Positions 43,161 to 55,645 are shown, numbered from the stretch's first letter. The stretch: DNA of 64,000 bases from an uncultured Phycisphaerales bacterium (GCA_963755915.1 CAVWLP010000002.1:160001-224000); one strand, 5' to 3'. The notes: a model not told the origin generated them from the letters alone. Translations and numbers: made by a program.

Positions 43161-43172
43161 GCGCGCTTCCCT

Positions 43173-43912
43173 CTATGAACGAAGGACTCGCAGCAACCGC
43201 TTGATCGGATCATAATAGCGATCAGCGACGCGTTCCTTCAGCGGAATGATGGCGTTGTCGGTAATCTTGATATTCTCAGGACACACCTTCGTACAGCACT
43301 TGGTAATGTTGCACAATCCAACCCCCTCTGCCTGCTTCAAGTCCGGCAGACGATCCTCTGTATCCAGCGGATGCATTTCCAGGGCGGCGGTATAAACGAA
43401 AAAGCGCGGACCGATAAATTTGTCGTGCTGATGGTGATCGCGCAGCACGTGGCAGACATCCTGGCAGAGGAAGCATTCGATGCATTTGCGGAATTCCTGC
43501 ACGCGATCGACATCCTGCTGCGCCATTTTCCACGTGCCGTCCGCATTGTCGGGCTTGCGCGGCTTGAATGGCTTGATCTGGGTCTTCACCCGGAAGTTCC
43601 AGGAAACGTCCGTCACCAGGTCGCGTATCGGTGGAAACGCGCGCATCGGTTCAATCGTCACCGGCTTGGTTAAATCCAGATCGTTCAGCCGGGTCATGCA
43701 CATGAGCCGGGGCATGCCGTTGATCTCGGCCGAGCACGATCCACACTTGCCGGCCTTGCAGTTCCATCGACAGGCCAGATCGTTGCTTTGCTCGGCCTGG
43801 ATCTGATGAACGGCGTCGAGGACGACCATGCCTTCGGAGGCTTCGGTCGAATAGTCGACAAGTTTTCCCCCGAGCTGTCCCCGCGCCAGATGCTGAACGT
43901 CGCCTTTGCCAT
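43173..43912 (-). CDS. sdhB: Succinate dehydrogenase/fumarate reductase Fe-S subunit, frameshift near 43870
   Basis: NCKAGKCGSC, CIECFLCQDVC, CNITKCCTKVCP. Confidence 0.93.
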
Positions 43913-43914
43913 GG

Positions 43915-45728
43915 TTATGCCATTTCCTTGATGATTGCTTGAAGCTCGGCCGGAATGGGCTTGAGTGGTTCACGGCGGATTTGCATTTGGCCGCCTTCGC
44001 CCTGATAGCTAACGACGTTGAAGGTCGCATACGCGTCGTCTTTGGCGGGGAAGTCATCCCGAAAATGCCCGCCGCGGCTTTCTTTACGCTCCAGGCGCAG
44101 CGGGTAATTGCCTCGGAAACGGCCAGCAGATTGCGCAGGTCCAAAGCGGTGTGCCAGCCGGGATTGTATTCACGATTTCCGGCAACGGCGATTTTTGCGG
44201 CACGCGTGCCAGGGCGGCGATATTTTCCAGCGCCCGCCGCATTTCATCCTCCCGGCGAACGATGCCGACCAGGTCCTGCATCGTTTGCTGAAGGTCCTGC
44301 TGCACTTGAAACGGCCCGTCGGCGCCGCCGCGCGCGATCAAACGGGGCCAGCGTTTGCTTGGCGATCTGATCCACCTGGTCGTTGTTGATCTTCCCCGCC
44401 GCGTTTTCCTTCGCGTACCTGGCCGCGTATTCACCGGCGCGCTTGCCGAAGACCAGCAGATCGGAAAGTGAATTGCCGCCGAGGCGATTCGCGCCATTGA
44501 TGCCGGCGGCACATTCACCGGCGGCGAATAACCCGGGGATGCTGGACATCTGGCTGTCGCTGTCCACCCGCACGCCGCCCATGATGTAGTGCGTGGTTGG
44601 GCCGACTTCCATCGGCACGGCGGTAATATCGATCTCCGCCAGTTGCTTGAATTGATGGTACATGCTCGGCAGTTTCTTCTGGATGTGAGCGGCCGAGTTG
44701 GCGATTTTTTCGCTGATCCAGGAGATGTCGAGAAACACACCGCCGTGGGGGCTGCCGCGACCGGCTTTGACCTCGCGCATGATGCAGCGGGCGACGTGGT
44801 CGCGCGTCAGCAGTTCAGGCGGCCGCCGGGCATTTTTGTCCCCCTGGGTATAGCGCCAGCCTTCTTCTTCGTTGTCGGCGGTTTGGTTGCGATAGTTTTC
44901 CGGGATGTCATCGAACATGAACCGGCGGCCGTCTTTGTTGCGCAAAACGCCGCCTTCGCCGCGAACGCCTTCAGTGACGAGAATTCCGCGAACGCTGGGA
45001 GGCCAGACCATGCCAGTGGGATGGAACTGGATGAATTCCATGTCGATCAGTTCGGCGCCGGCGAAATAAGCCAGTGCATGGCCATCGCCAGTGCCTTCCC
45101 AACTGTTGCTGGTGATTTTGTACGCCCGGCCGATTCCTCCGGTGGCAAGCACGATCGCTTTCGCCTGAAAGAGTTTGAACCGGCCATGTTCGCGTTCGTA
45201 ACCAAAGGCCCCCACGATCCGATCGCCGTCCTTGAGCAGCGCGACGATGGTGCATTCCATGTGAACATCCATGCCTTGATGGATGCCGTGGTCTTGCAGG
45301 GTGCGAATGAGTTCAAGTCCAGTGCGGTCGCCGACGTGGGCGAGGCGCGGATAACGATGGCCGCCGAAGTTTCTCTGCAGGATTTTCCCGTCTTTCGTAC
45401 GGTCAAAAACGGCGCCCCAGGCTTCAAGTTCGCGCACGCGGTCAGGCGCTTCCTTGGCGTGCAGCTCGGCCATGCGCCAGTTGTTTACATACTGTCCGCC
45501 TCGCATGGTGTCGGAGAAATGGACTTTCCAATTATCGCGATCATCGACATTGGCCAGCGCGGCGGCGATTCCGCCCTCGGCCATCACCGTGTGTGCCTTG
45601 CCGAGCAGGGATTTGCAGATCAGGCCGACCGACACACCGCTGCCGGAGGCCTCGATGGCGGCACGCAATCCCGCTCCACCGGCGCCAATAACCAAAACGT
45701 CATAGGCATGGGTGGCATATTCGGCCAT
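43915..45728 (-). CDS. sdhA: Succinate dehydrogenase/fumarate reductase flavoprotein, frameshifted in the 3' part
   Basis: GAGGAG, KAHTVMAEGG, QFHPTG, TEGVRGEG, HYIMGG, GANRLGGNSL. Confidence 0.94.
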
Positions 45729-46532
45729 TTAGAAGATTCTCCAGTCGTGCCAGATGCCCATGCTGCACAGGCGAACGTACAGGTCGGCAAACCCCACGCT
45801 GAAAAGGCTGCACCATGCCCAGACCATGTGGCGGCGATTGAGGCAGCTCACGCAGTTGTAGGCCTTAAAACAAACGGCAGATTTAGAAATTTCGTCGCGG
45901 CCGCCGCCGATCAGGTGCCGCAGCGAATGACAGCCGAAGGTATAGCTGGCCAGCAGGCAAACGTTCACCGCAAGCACAAGCGTGCCGACACCAATGCCAA
46001 AATGGTTTTTCCCGCTGACGGGATCAAAAAACCACAATGCGTTCCAGACATCCGAGGCCAGAAGAAAGATGAAGATGATCGCCAGATATAAGAAGTAGCG
46101 GTGGATATTTTGCAAAATCAGCGGCAGGGAGTTCTCACCCAAATAGGATTTTCTTGGCTCGCCCACTGCGCAAGCAATCGGATCCGCCCAGAATGCTTTG
46201 TAATATGCCCCGCGATAGTAATAACAGGTGAGCCGAAAACCCCCCGGCGCCCAAAGAATCAGAAATGCCGGCGACCAGGGCATCCACGAGGGAAACCAAT
46301 GCGGCTTGGCCCCAAACCAGCTATGCGGATCACCAAAGAGTTCCGGCGAATAAAACGGCGAAAGATACGGCCCGAACCGATAATGCGCCGCCTGAAATGC
46401 CGCCCAGGTCGAATAGACAATGAAGGTACTGAATCCCAAAAACACCAATAGCGGCTGCACCCACCAAAGGTCTTTACGACGTGTTTCTGCGAAGGAACGC
46501 GCGACGGGTAACGATCGGGGTAGTTGACTCAT
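45729..46532 (-). CDS. Sdh membrane anchor of the actinobacterial Sdh1 (Rv0249c-like) type
   Basis: SPFYSP, FRLTCYYYR, QNIHRY, GCHSLRH, DLYVRL; first gene of the operon. Confidence 0.8.
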   Translation of the reverse strand: MSQLPRSLPVARSFAETRRKDLWWVQPLLVFLGFSTFIVYSTWAAFQAAHYRFGPYLSPFYSPELFGDPHSWFGAKPHWFPSWMPWSPAFLILWAPGGFRLTCYYYRGAYYKAFWADPIACAVGEPRKSYLGENSLPLILQNIHRYFLYLAIIFIFLLASDVWNALWFFDPVSGKNHFGIGVGTLVLAVNVCLLASYTFGCHSLRHLIGGGRDEISKSAVCFKAYNCVSCLNRRHMVWAWCSLFSVGFADLYVRLCSMGIWHDWRIF

Positions 46533-46749
46533 AAACGCGAGGCAAAGGCTCTCAGTCCGGCTCGCCTCATTCTTAACGGAAACCGCGCATTCCGCAACGG
46601 GTGTGGCGAGATCAGGGATGCGCCAGACTTTAAGCCTTCGGCCGTGAAGCTGGCATGCAGCGGCCCGACGGATTGAAACCCAGAATCAGTCGCGTGCCTC
46701 AGATTGCCAAGTCGAGGCTTTATCAGCTATTTTTAGAGCCTTAAACGCA

Positions 46750-47082
46750 ATGCCGCTCGATATCAAAGAGTCCGATTGGAAGAACCTGCGGAAATTGTCC
46801 GAGGTCGCGATGGGTCGGGCCTTTGATCGCGCGATTGCGCGTATGCAAACGATTCTCTCGATGAACCGCAAGAGTCAGATCAAATTCTGGGATATCAAGG
46901 AGTATGCCGACGAGCAGCGCAAGCGGCTGGCAAGACTTTTTGATGAATTGAAAAGATCCAATGCGATTGAGCGTCTGGCGATGATCTGGCGCGAAGATCT
47001 TTTGACAGATGAAGAGATGGAATCCTTTAGCCCTGACACCCGGCAGAAGGCGCGTCAATTGAGGGAATTTTTCGAGCGGTGA
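46750..47082 (+). CDS. Hypothetical protein
   Basis: 110-aa helical ORF, ESDWK...KRSNA...FSPDTR. Confidence 0.6.
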   Translation: MPLDIKESDWKNLRKLSEVAMGRAFDRAIARMQTILSMNRKSQIKFWDIKEYADEQRKRLARLFDELKRSNAIERLAMIWREDLLTDEEMESFSPDTRQKARQLREFFER

Positions 47083-47145
47083 TTTTTTCTCTCATCAAAG
47101 GTGCAGAACTGTCGCCGCTTCCGGTTCGCGCATGTCGCAGATTCC

Positions 47146-49229
47146 TTACACCGCCGTCCGCCCCTCATACTGGCCATACTCCAGCCAATGGATGAAACCG
47201 TCTGGAAATTCGTGCGCTTCAACAGCCGCCGCCACATCCGAGTTATCCGCCAGATATGTTGTCTCGTTGTAGTAGTTGGACGCCACTCGCCCCTCGAATT
47301 GGCCATACTCGATGAACTGCTCAAAGTCCGACGAAAACGGCTCGCCGGTCACGTAGGGGAAGATATCGCTGTTATCCGCGTCGTAAACCGTGGACGAGAA
47401 GTAAAGCATCGGCGAGAGCCCTTGGTATTGACCGGCATCACAGAATTGCTCAAACGCAGACGTATATGTTCCAGCAGTGATGGCCGCGGCAACATTGGGG
47501 TTGTTATCCAGGTAGTACTGCGTGTTGAAATACAGCAATCCGCCGCGGTTCTCATACTGCCCGTAGAGGTAATACTGCATGAATCCCGAGCTGACCGTGT
47601 GATTCTCAACCGCCGCCGCCACGTCCGGATTCTCCGTTAGATACCATGACTCATTCCAATAAGGATTTGGGCTGCGCCCTTCGTACTGGCCGTACTCAAT
47701 GTAGTGGTCGTACCCCGTGGCGATTACACCCGCCTGCACGGCTGCCGCCACGTCGGGATTCTGCTCGAGGTAATAATGCTCGTCGAAGAGCGAGTTTTGG
47801 CTCGTGAGCGTCACGCTCGCCAGCAACACAGGTCCCCCCGATACCAGGGCGTAAATGTCGGCGGTGTGGTTACCGGCAGTCAGCATCGGCGTCGCATAAG
47901 TGAACCCGCGGTTGGGAGATTGCAAAAGCCCCACAAGGTCCGGCCGCGACTGGTCCGCCGCGATATACTGCGTCGGTCCCCCGCTGATCGCGATCTCAAC
48001 GTCGACGTAGGACCCGTTGTTTGCCGGATCAAACGCCCACCCGGTGATTTCGTTCATGTTTGCCGAATCCACCGAGCCAACGTCGGTCGTGATCGGTTTG
48101 GAAAGCGATGGAATCTGGTTGCCATTGTTCGCTTCCAGGGTGAAAAAACCGGTGCCACTGAGAGTAACACTCTTAAAGGTGGCGACCCCATAGAGCGCTG
48201 CGCGGTCAGTGTTCCGCTGATTCCCGCACCCGTCGGACCATACCCGATCGAAAGCGTGATCGTGGAATCGTTGGTGGTGACGATGTTGCCGAAATCGTCT
48301 ACCACGTCGACGGTGAACGGACCGGTCGCCGCGCCGCTCGCGTCATATGTCGGCTGCGAGGCGAAAACCAGGTGCGTTGCCGTTGCTGGATTGCTCTGAA
48401 CCGCATCCGCGACAGGCGTGTTCAGCCCCGTGATCAGCGGCACCTCTTCAGCCGTGCCGTTGTTGTCCCACTTATCAACCGTGCCCCCGTTGTTGGCGAT
48501 AATCTCGTCATCCGTGTACGGCGCAATTCCCGTCGGACTGCTTAGCCCCGAAACCAGGGCCGGATTCAACGTCTGCCCCAAGGTATTAAATTCCGCCTCG
48601 GTGCCGCTGCCGGCGTTGATGACAAATAGATTGGTGCCTTCCACCGTCAGTCCATAAGGTCGGTCCAGCCCGGTCGTAAGAAGTCTCGCGTTCACGGTTC
48701 CCCCGACGGTCGTGTACTCCCCGACGGTGTTACCCGCCGGGCTCGTGATAAAAAGCTGGGTCCCCCAAACCGAAATTCCCCACGGCGCGATCAGGTTCGA
48801 AATCAAGCTGGCATTGACGGTAGCCCCGGTAGTGCTGTACTCGCCAACGAATCCAGTCGCGCCCTGCTCCACGACGAAAATGTTGTTCCCCTCTACAGCG
48901 ATTCCACCCGGAGCGTTCAGGCCCGAAACCAGCGCGGTATTCACAACGGCTCCACTGGTCGTGTATTCGCTTATGGTTCCGGAGGTCGGGTTGGTGAAGA
49001 ACAGGTCGTTGCCCGAAATCGCCATCCCGCCCAGGCCGGTATCAAGTCCCGTGATCAGCGCCGGAGTGGAGGAACTGATTCCCGACCCGGTGAATTCATA
49101 TACACCCACGTTTCCGTCAACGGTTCGCACAAAGAACGACGCACTGCTTAGAAGGGTCCGCTGTTCCAGCGGCTCCACGGCCCAGACTGCTTTTTGAATA
49201 CGATTCCCACGTTTCGACGCTCTCAGCAT
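47146..49229 (-). CDS. Extracellular LEPR-XLL protein with propeller repeats and C-terminal YLxxNPDVAAAV repeats, frameshift near 48195
   Basis: VEPLEQRTLLS; repeats VNxxLISGLNAPxGIAV; about five F.E.YYL..NPDVAAAV...HY..YGQYEGR units. Confidence 0.8.
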
Positions 49230-49682
49230 GGCACACTCCTTTGCTATCCAACTGAAATTTGATCGTTGCCCAAACGGTTGTGACTGTTTGGGCCAGCATC
49301 ATAACACGCGGAGCGAGCGTGAGACAGCTCCTATACACAAATATTGCCCGATTAACTTCGCCAGAGGCCAAGTACTTTTTTGGGATGAATCCGACTCGCT
49401 CAGGTTTGTGGGCGATTGGCCGAATCGAACCGCTTTCGCAATCACCGCCTTCGATTCTTGATCAAAGGGTTGAAGACATCACTTAAGTTTCCAACGACGT
49501 TGGCCAAAAGCCGAAAGAGCTTGATCAACCGAGACGCCAAACGATTCAGCGATGGCTTCGATTGTGCTGCCGGATTGGAGCAATTGTTTGGGCGTGAAAT
49601 CGGGAACCACGATGATGGCCAGCACACTTAACGCGATCGATACCGCGTCCAAGGTTCATCCAGCCACTTATTGCCTTCCACA

Positions 49683-50759
49683 TCAACAGATGCGCGGAAG
49701 CTGTTCCCCCGCCAGCATTGTAACTACGCGTTCTCCTCCCACCAGTGACTTTTGCACGACCATTCCCACATGATTGTCCACAATCTCCCCGATGATGGCG
49801 GCATGGCGGCCCAGCGAATGGTTCTTCATCGCTGACAACACCCTCTCCGCCATGTTCCGGGGGACGACGGAAATCAGCTTCCCCTCATTAGCCACGTAAA
49901 GTGGATCCAGTCCTAGTATTTCGCAGGCGGCTCTGACTTCCGGTTTGAGCGGAATTGCCCGCTCTTCGATTCGAACGCCCACCCTCGATGCCACCGCCAA
50001 CTCGTTTAAAGCGCTAGCCACGCCTCCCCGTGTTGGATCGCGCATGCATCGGATTGACTGCGACGCATGAAACATCGATTGCACCAGATCAGTCAGCGGA
50101 GCGCAGTCACTCTCGAGCACGGTTTCGAATTCAATTCCTTCGCGCACTGACATAATAGAGATGCCATGATCTCCAATCGTGCCGGATAGCAAGACTTTAT
50201 CGCCCGGCTGCGCGTTCGCAATGGAAAGCTCGATTCCGACCGGTATCAATCCCACGCCGGCGGTGGTGATGAAAACCTGATCGCCCTTCCCGCGATCCAC
50301 GACCTTGGTGTCTCCCGTCACCAGCGCCACCTGTGCCTTTTCGCACGCCGCCTTCATCGAGGCGACGATCCGCTTCAAATCCTCAATCGGCAACCCCTCT
50401 TCAAGAATAAACGCTGCCGAAAGAAACAAGGGTTTAGCTCCTCCAACAGCCAAATCATTCACGGTTCCACAAACCGCGAGCTTGCCAATGTCCCCACCCG
50501 GAAAAAACAGCGGCCGGACCACAAAAGAATCCGTCGTGAACGCAAGCCGCGGATTTGCCTCCGATTGCAGTTGGATCGTTGCTTGGTCTTCAAGCCGATT
50601 GAGGGTTGTATTGTCAAACCCCTGAAGAAATACCTGCCGGATTAAATCGTTGCTGAGGGTCCCTCCGCTCCCGTGGCCGAGAAGTATCCGATCATATTGC
50701 GAGTGAGGCAGCGGACAACTGCCCAAGGCGGCGACCAGATCCTTCCCTGGCATGCTCAT
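49683..50759 (-). CDS. hypE: Hydrogenase maturation protein HypE
   Basis: HGSGG, TTDSFVV, GTVNDLA, RDPTRGG, C-terminal LPRIC. Confidence 0.97.
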   Translation of the reverse strand: MSMPGKDLVAALGSCPLPHSQYDRILLGHGSGGTLSNDLIRQVFLQGFDNTTLNRLEDQATIQLQSEANPRLAFTTDSFVVRPLFFPGGDIGKLAVCGTVNDLAVGGAKPLFLSAAFILEEGLPIEDLKRIVASMKAACEKAQVALVTGDTKVVDRGKGDQVFITTAGVGLIPVGIELSIANAQPGDKVLLSGTIGDHGISIMSVREGIEFETVLESDCAPLTDLVQSMFHASQSIRCMRDPTRGGVASALNELAVASRVGVRIEERAIPLKPEVRAACEILGLDPLYVANEGKLISVVPRNMAERVLSAMKNHSLGRHAAIIGEIVDNHVGMVVQKSLVGGERVVTMLAGEQLPRIC

Positions 50760-51883
50760 TTGCTCCCTCCAATTTGGACCAGCTTGCCTTCCCCCTCCAA
50801 ATGCCTTCCATAAGCATAATACGCCGCGCATGCCCCCTCGGCAGAAACCATCGTCGCCCCCAGCGGCGCATGCGGCATGCATCGTTTCCCAAACGCCGGG
50901 CAATCATGCGGCTTCTTCAATCCGCGAAGAATCTGACCGCTGATGCACTCGCTCGATTCGGCCGTTTTGATCGTCCCTACGTCAAACGATTGCTCCGCAT
51001 CATAGTCGCTGAACTCCTGCCGCAGCCGATACCCACTCATTGGAATGTTGCCGATTCCGCGCCAGGTGCGATCGCCCACTTCAAATACCTTCTCGATCAA
51101 TTTCTTCGAATCACAATTCCCTTCATACCGCACCGCGCGGCTGTATTGGTTTTCCACCTTTCCAATCCCCGCCTCCAGCTGGTGAACCGTCATCAAAATC
51201 CCTTCCAGCATATCCAGCGGCTCAAAGCCGGTGATGACAATCGGCACCCGATACCGCTTGGCGATCGGCTCATACTCGCTGCATCCCATCACCGTGCACA
51301 CGTGTCCCGGCCCCAAAAAACCCTGCACCCGATTGCCGGACGATTCCAAAATCGCCGTCATCGCGGGTGGCACGAGCACGTGCGAAACCAAAGTGCTGAA
51401 GTTCTTTAATCCACGCTTATGGGCCAGCCACACTGCCATCGCATTCGGCGGCGCGGTCGTCTCAAACCCGATCGCAAAAAAGACGACTTTTCGATCTGGA
51501 TTAGCGGCTGCTAGATTCACTGCATCCAGCGGCGAATAAACGATTCGGATATCGCTCCCCTGCGACTTCAGGGAAAGCAAATCCCCCCGCGACCCCGGTA
51601 CCCGAAGCATGTCGCCGAAGGAAGCAAAAATGACTTCGGGCCGTGCCGCAATCGCATGCGCCCGGTCGATCATCTCCAGTGCCGTCACGCACACCGGACA
51701 CCCCGGCCCGTGCACCAGCTCGATGTCCGACGGAATCAGATTGTCGATTCCGTACTTCACGATCGTGTGGGTCTGCCCCCCGCAGACTTCCATGATGCAC
51801 CACTCTCGCGTGGTAATGTGCGCAATGGCATCGGCCATTTTTTTGGCCGCCGCCCCGTCTCGATATTCGTCTATGTATTTCAT
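50756..51883 (-). CDS. hypD: Hydrogenase maturation protein HypD
   Basis: [31 protein letters not shown]. Confidence 0.97.
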   Translation of the reverse strand: MKYIDEYRDGAAAKKMADAIAHITTREWCIMEVCGGQTHTIVKYGIDNLIPSDIELVHGPGCPVCVTALEMIDRAHAIAARPEVIFASFGDMLRVPGSRGDLLSLKSQGSDIRIVYSPLDAVNLAAANPDRKVVFFAIGFETTAPPNAMAVWLAHKRGLKNFSTLVSHVLVPPAMTAILESSGNRVQGFLGPGHVCTVMGCSEYEPIAKRYRVPIVITGFEPLDMLEGILMTVHQLEAGIGKVENQYSRAVRYEGNCDSKKLIEKVFEVGDRTWRGIGNIPMSGYRLRQEFSDYDAEQSFDVGTIKTAESSECISGQILRGLKKPHDCPAFGKRCMPHAPLGATMVSAEGACAAYYAYGRHLEGEGKLVQIGGSK

Positions 51884-52131
51884 GATGACGGTGTCTTCAG
51901 CTCATCGAGTTGATTCATGTTTTCCAGAAACTCAAAAACCCTCTGCGCCTCGTCCGCATCGATCTTTGACAACGCAAACCCCACGTGGACGATCACATAC
52001 TCACCGACTTGTGCGTCGGGCACGTGCGCCAGACAAACTTCTTTGGAAACACCTCCGAAATCGACTTTCCCCATGAGCACGTCGTGCTCCTGATACGTCT
52101 TGACGATCTTACCGGGAATGCCAAGACACAT
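51880..52131 (-). CDS. hypC: Hydrogenase maturation chaperone HypC
   Basis: MCLGIPG, VHVGFA. Confidence 0.97.
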   Translation of the reverse strand: MCLGIPGKIVKTYQEHDVLMGKVDFGGVSKEVCLAHVPDAQVGEYVIVHVGFALSKIDADEAQRVFEFLENMNQLDELKTPSS

Positions 52132-52134
52132 GGC

Positions 52135-54393
52135 TCACTCCTTCTGTATCCGGGCCGCCGCGACAGCCAGTTGCCCGAGACTTAGTCCGCCATCATTGGG
52201 CGGTACGGTGCGATGACAATAAACGATGAACCCGACATCACTCAAGCGGCGCACAGTTTCGACCACAAGCAGTGCATTCATGAAAACACCTCCGCTGAGC
52301 ACGACTCTATTATGTCCCGTGGTTTTGCGCAGCCACGAGCATGTGAGGAAAATCACCCGGCTCATCGTGGAATGAAATCGCCGGCCAATAACGGCTGCCG
52401 GCACACCCGCGTCCGTATCCTTGGCCAAAGCCGCGATCACCGGCCGAGTATCGATCTCACCGGTTGGATGTAGCTCAAAGGGATATTCGCCTTCTCCCTC
52501 AAAGCCAGCGGCCAGCCACTCCAGCTCCATCGCCGCCTGTCCCTCGTGACTGACCGTATCGCGGACTCCGGCGAGGCAGGCCGCCGCATCGAAAAGTCGT
52601 CCCACGCTACTTGTCACGGGCGAATTAAGCCGCCTCTGAATCATTCGGACAATCGTTGTCCGAGTTGAAATTGCAATCCGGCTTTCGAGCACCGCACAGT
52701 TTGTTTGCGCATCCAATAGATGCGCTATTGCCATTCTCCACGGCTCCCGAACAGCTTTTTCCGCACCTGGCATTGCTACATAGCGCAAATGAGCCATTCG
52801 GCGAAAATTCGCATACCCACCCACCAAAAACTCTCCGCCCCAAATAGCTCCATCCGTTCCAAACCCCGAACCATCAAACGTCACCCCAATAACATCCCCC
52901 TCCAATCCATGTTCAGCCATGCAACTTGCCAAATGCGCATGATGGTGCTGCACCGCCACCGGCGTCGTCCCGTTGCGGCTCAGTGCATACCGTGTCGACG
53001 CATAATCCGGATGCAGGTCATGCGCGACAACCTGCGGGTGAAGCTGAAACATCTCCTCATAGAGTGCAATATCCCGCTTGAATGCCTCAATCGCTTGCAA
53101 GTGGTCCAGATCACCCAGATGGTGGCTCAGGATCGCCCGGCATTCATCGCCAAGAGCGAAAGTTCCCTTCAGCTGTCCACCCACGGCCAGAATCGCCCTC
53201 GGGCAGATAAATGGCAGACCCACCGGCTCGGGCGCATACCCGCGCGACCGCCTGATCGGCGACTCGCTTCCCCCGACAATCCGCGTTACCGAATCATCGC
53301 ACCGCACGTGAATCGGCCGATTGTGAACCACAAACAAATCCGCAATTCCACCCAGCCTTTCCAGCGCATCCGACTCTTCGTACGCAATAGGCTCGTCGGA
53401 CCGATTCCCGCTCGTCATCACGAGCGCTGTCCCCTTTAATCGCGTCATCAGCAAATGGTGCAGCGGCGTATACGGAAGCATCACGCCAAGCGTCGGATTG
53501 CCAGGTGCAACGGCCCTCGACACTTCAATTCCCGCTCTTCTCTTGAGTAGCACAATCGGCTTGCGCGCCGATGTCAGCAATTCGCGCTCCGCACCGCTGA
53601 TCTCACACAATCTTTCCGCCCCGCTCAAATCCGCGACCATCAGCGCAAACGGCTTCTCTTCACGCTGTTTCCTCCCCCGTAATTCGCTCACGGCATTTGA
53701 ATTTCTTGCATCGCACGCAAGGTGATAGCCCCCCAAACCCTTAATGGCCGCGATTTTCCCACCCAGGAGCGCCTCCGCCAGCAACTCAATCGGGTCATTT
53801 GTTGCGATTGAATTCCCCTTCGAATCCAGAACCGCCAATCGCGGCCCGCATTTTGGACATGCAATCGGCTGCGCATGAAAGCGCCGATCACCCGGATTAT
53901 CATACTCCGCTCGGCATCGAGCGCACATCTCAAATCCCGCCATCGTCGACCGCGCCCGGTCGTACGGGGCCCCGGTTACAATCGTCAGGCGAGGCCCGCA
54001 ATTCGTGCAGTTGGTAAACGGATATTGATACCGCCGGCTGCCGGCATCGAAAATCTCCACCAGGCAATCCTCGCACGTCGCCACATCCGAGGCAATCACA
54101 ATCCACCGCGCCTCGCCCGCATGGCTACCATCAATCCGAAATTCCCTCTCCCCAATCGCATCGCGCGCATTCCAATCCATCCGCTCTATGCGCGCCAGTG
54201 GCGGCGCTTCTCTCACTACGCGCTTCAAAAAATCGTCCAGCGATTCAACCCCACCCTCCACTTGAATCACAACCATTCCCCCCGAATTCATGACGTATCC
54301 CCCCAGCTTTAAATCGCCCGCCAGCTTGTGCACAAATGGACGAAAACCCACTCCTTGCACGGTTCCGTGAATTTCGATCGCTAGTCGCGGCAC
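52135..54393 (-). CDS. hypF: Carbamoyltransferase HypF
   Basis: VQGVGFRP, CTNCGPR, HAQPIACPKCGP, QHHHAH, PPNDGG. Confidence 0.97.
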   Translation of the reverse strand: MPRLAIEIHGTVQGVGFRPFVHKLAGDLKLGGYVMNSGGMVVIQVEGGVESLDDFLKRVVREAPPLARIERMDWNARDAIGEREFRIDGSHAGEARWIVIASDVATCEDCLVEIFDAGSRRYQYPFTNCTNCGPRLTIVTGAPYDRARSTMAGFEMCARCRAEYDNPGDRRFHAQPIACPKCGPRLAVLDSKGNSIATNDPIELLAEALLGGKIAAIKGLGGYHLACDARNSNAVSELRGRKQREEKPFALMVADLSGAERLCEISGAERELLTSARKPIVLLKRRAGIEVSRAVAPGNPTLGVMLPYTPLHHLLMTRLKGTALVMTSGNRSDEPIAYEESDALERLGGIADLFVVHNRPIHVRCDDSVTRIVGGSESPIRRSRGYAPEPVGLPFICPRAILAVGGQLKGTFALGDECRAILSHHLGDLDHLQAIEAFKRDIALYEEMFQLHPQVVAHDLHPDYASTRYALSRNGTTPVAVQHHHAHLASCMAEHGLEGDVIGVTFDGSGFGTDGAIWGGEFLVGGYANFRRMAHLRYVAMPGAEKAVREPWRMAIAHLLDAQTNCAVLESRIAISTRTTIVRMIQRRLNSPVTSSVGRLFDAAACLAGVRDTVSHEGQAAMELEWLAAGFEGEGEYPFELHPTGEIDTRPVIAALAKDTDAGVPAAVIGRRFHSTMSRVIFLTCSWLRKTTGHNRVVLSGGVFMNALLVVETVRRLSDVGFIVYCHRTVPPNDGGLSLGQLAVAAARIQKE

Positions 54394-54593
54394 GGCGCTC
54401 CAGCAGGCAATTCTAATGTTTCCTCAAGGCCCGCCAACTGTTTCTTCGCTCTTCTTTACAATCGGCTGTTTGGACGCAATGCAAATGCTTCAGTTGAGTC
54501 TATGGTGCTCTAATCATCACAAAGTTCCCCGCGATGAGAAATCGGCTTCTATTCTGGGGAATTTATAAGAATGCAACGTGTGCTGAATCATAT

Positions 54594-55121
54594 TCAATTT
54601 GCACCGGCAATCTTTAGCGGAACGCATGGGTGCGTCACCAGATCGCGCATCATGCTGCACGTCCGGGGCGTGGGCTTGAATGTCATGGAAAGTTGGTCCG
54701 TAACATCCACAGTCTCAACGCCTTCAGCTTTGAAAGCCACCTGGGGCACAATGGCGACAACATTGTTCTGTTGCGCCACGTCCGGGAGCACATTCTGCAA
54801 TTTCCGCATGACATCGTCGATGGGCGCATTACCGAACGCTTCGGCCATCACGTGATCCTGCATTGCCTGGCATTGATTTTCGAGCGCCCTAAGTTGCGTC
54901 GTATCGCCACCATTTTGCCTCGCGGCTTTCGCTTTGCTCACCAGATCATTGATTTCTTTAAGTCCGGCATCGGATCGCCAGTAGGCAAGGGCCACAGCCC
55001 GTGCCTGGAAGACGCCGATCCGTATGGGCGCGGCGGATGAATCGGCCCGCAAGCCGGCCACTTTGCGCCCCGCAACCAAAGCTACCACGCAGAACATCAA
55101 CCAAAAGATATTTGGTTTCAT
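54594..55121 (-). CDS. Exported hypothetical protein, possibly Skp/OmpH-like
   Basis: Signal peptide; IGVF...long helices...VDVTDQL. Confidence 0.55.
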   Translation of the reverse strand: MKPNIFWLMFCVVALVAGRKVAGLRADSSAAPIRIGVFQARAVALAYWRSDAGLKEINDLVSKAKAARQNGGDTTQLRALENQCQAMQDHVMAEAFGNAPIDDVMRKLQNVLPDVAQQNNVVAIVPQVAFKAEGVETVDVTDQLSMTFKPTPRTCSMMRDLVTHPCVPLKIAGAN

Positions 55122-55135
55122 GGCAGTCTCCGCCG

Positions 55136-55645
55136 CTACCGCGGCTCTTCGTATTCCTGCTGGTCGTGCTCATTTCCGACGGTCTTGATCATCGCGCGCC
55201 CCGTTGGCCAGTGAAGGACAAAGAGCAGGAGCGAGAGTAGTCCCGGAATGAGGTTAGGCATGAACGCGTCGGTGACGAGGCATCCGATGAGGCTGATGAT
55301 GCCACCAGTTGCAAGCGCCACACCGATCAAAATTGTCGCGAGCACGTATTTGCTGGGTGGAACGGGCCGGCCGAGCCAATAGTCTCGGAACAAATGGCCA
55401 CGCAGGAAGAATAAGCCTGGAAGAACAACGAGGAGGTATCCCATCGAAATGATGAACCATTTCTCATCATTACTATGAAACCGGCTGGTATCACCTGTCG
55501 TCACCTGCCAGATCAGCCATTGCAGAAAAAAGAACGGGACTGCCAGCAATAGACCCCAGAATAGCCATGCCAGCTTTAGAGCGGTTTTAACGGAAATGGT
55601 TGACGGCCATCGGTGTCGAACATCGGGGAGTGTTACGTTTGTCAT
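55136..55645 (-). CDS. Hypothetical four-TM membrane protein
   Basis: 169 aa with four hydrophobic segments; AAGGAG RBS. Confidence 0.7.
   Translation of the reverse strand: MTNVTLPDVRHRWPSTISVKTALKLAWLFWGLLLAVPFFFLQWLIWQVTTGDTSRFHSNDEKWFIISMGYLLVVLPGLFFLRGHLFRDYWLGRPVPPSKYVLATILIGVALATGGIISLIGCLVTDAFMPNLIPGLLSLLLFVLHWPTGRAMIKTVGNEHDQQEYEEPR

Noticed and set aside
49442-49683. Short ORFs downstream of hypE
   Set aside because: No recognisable motif or coding signal beyond a possible start/stop overlap.
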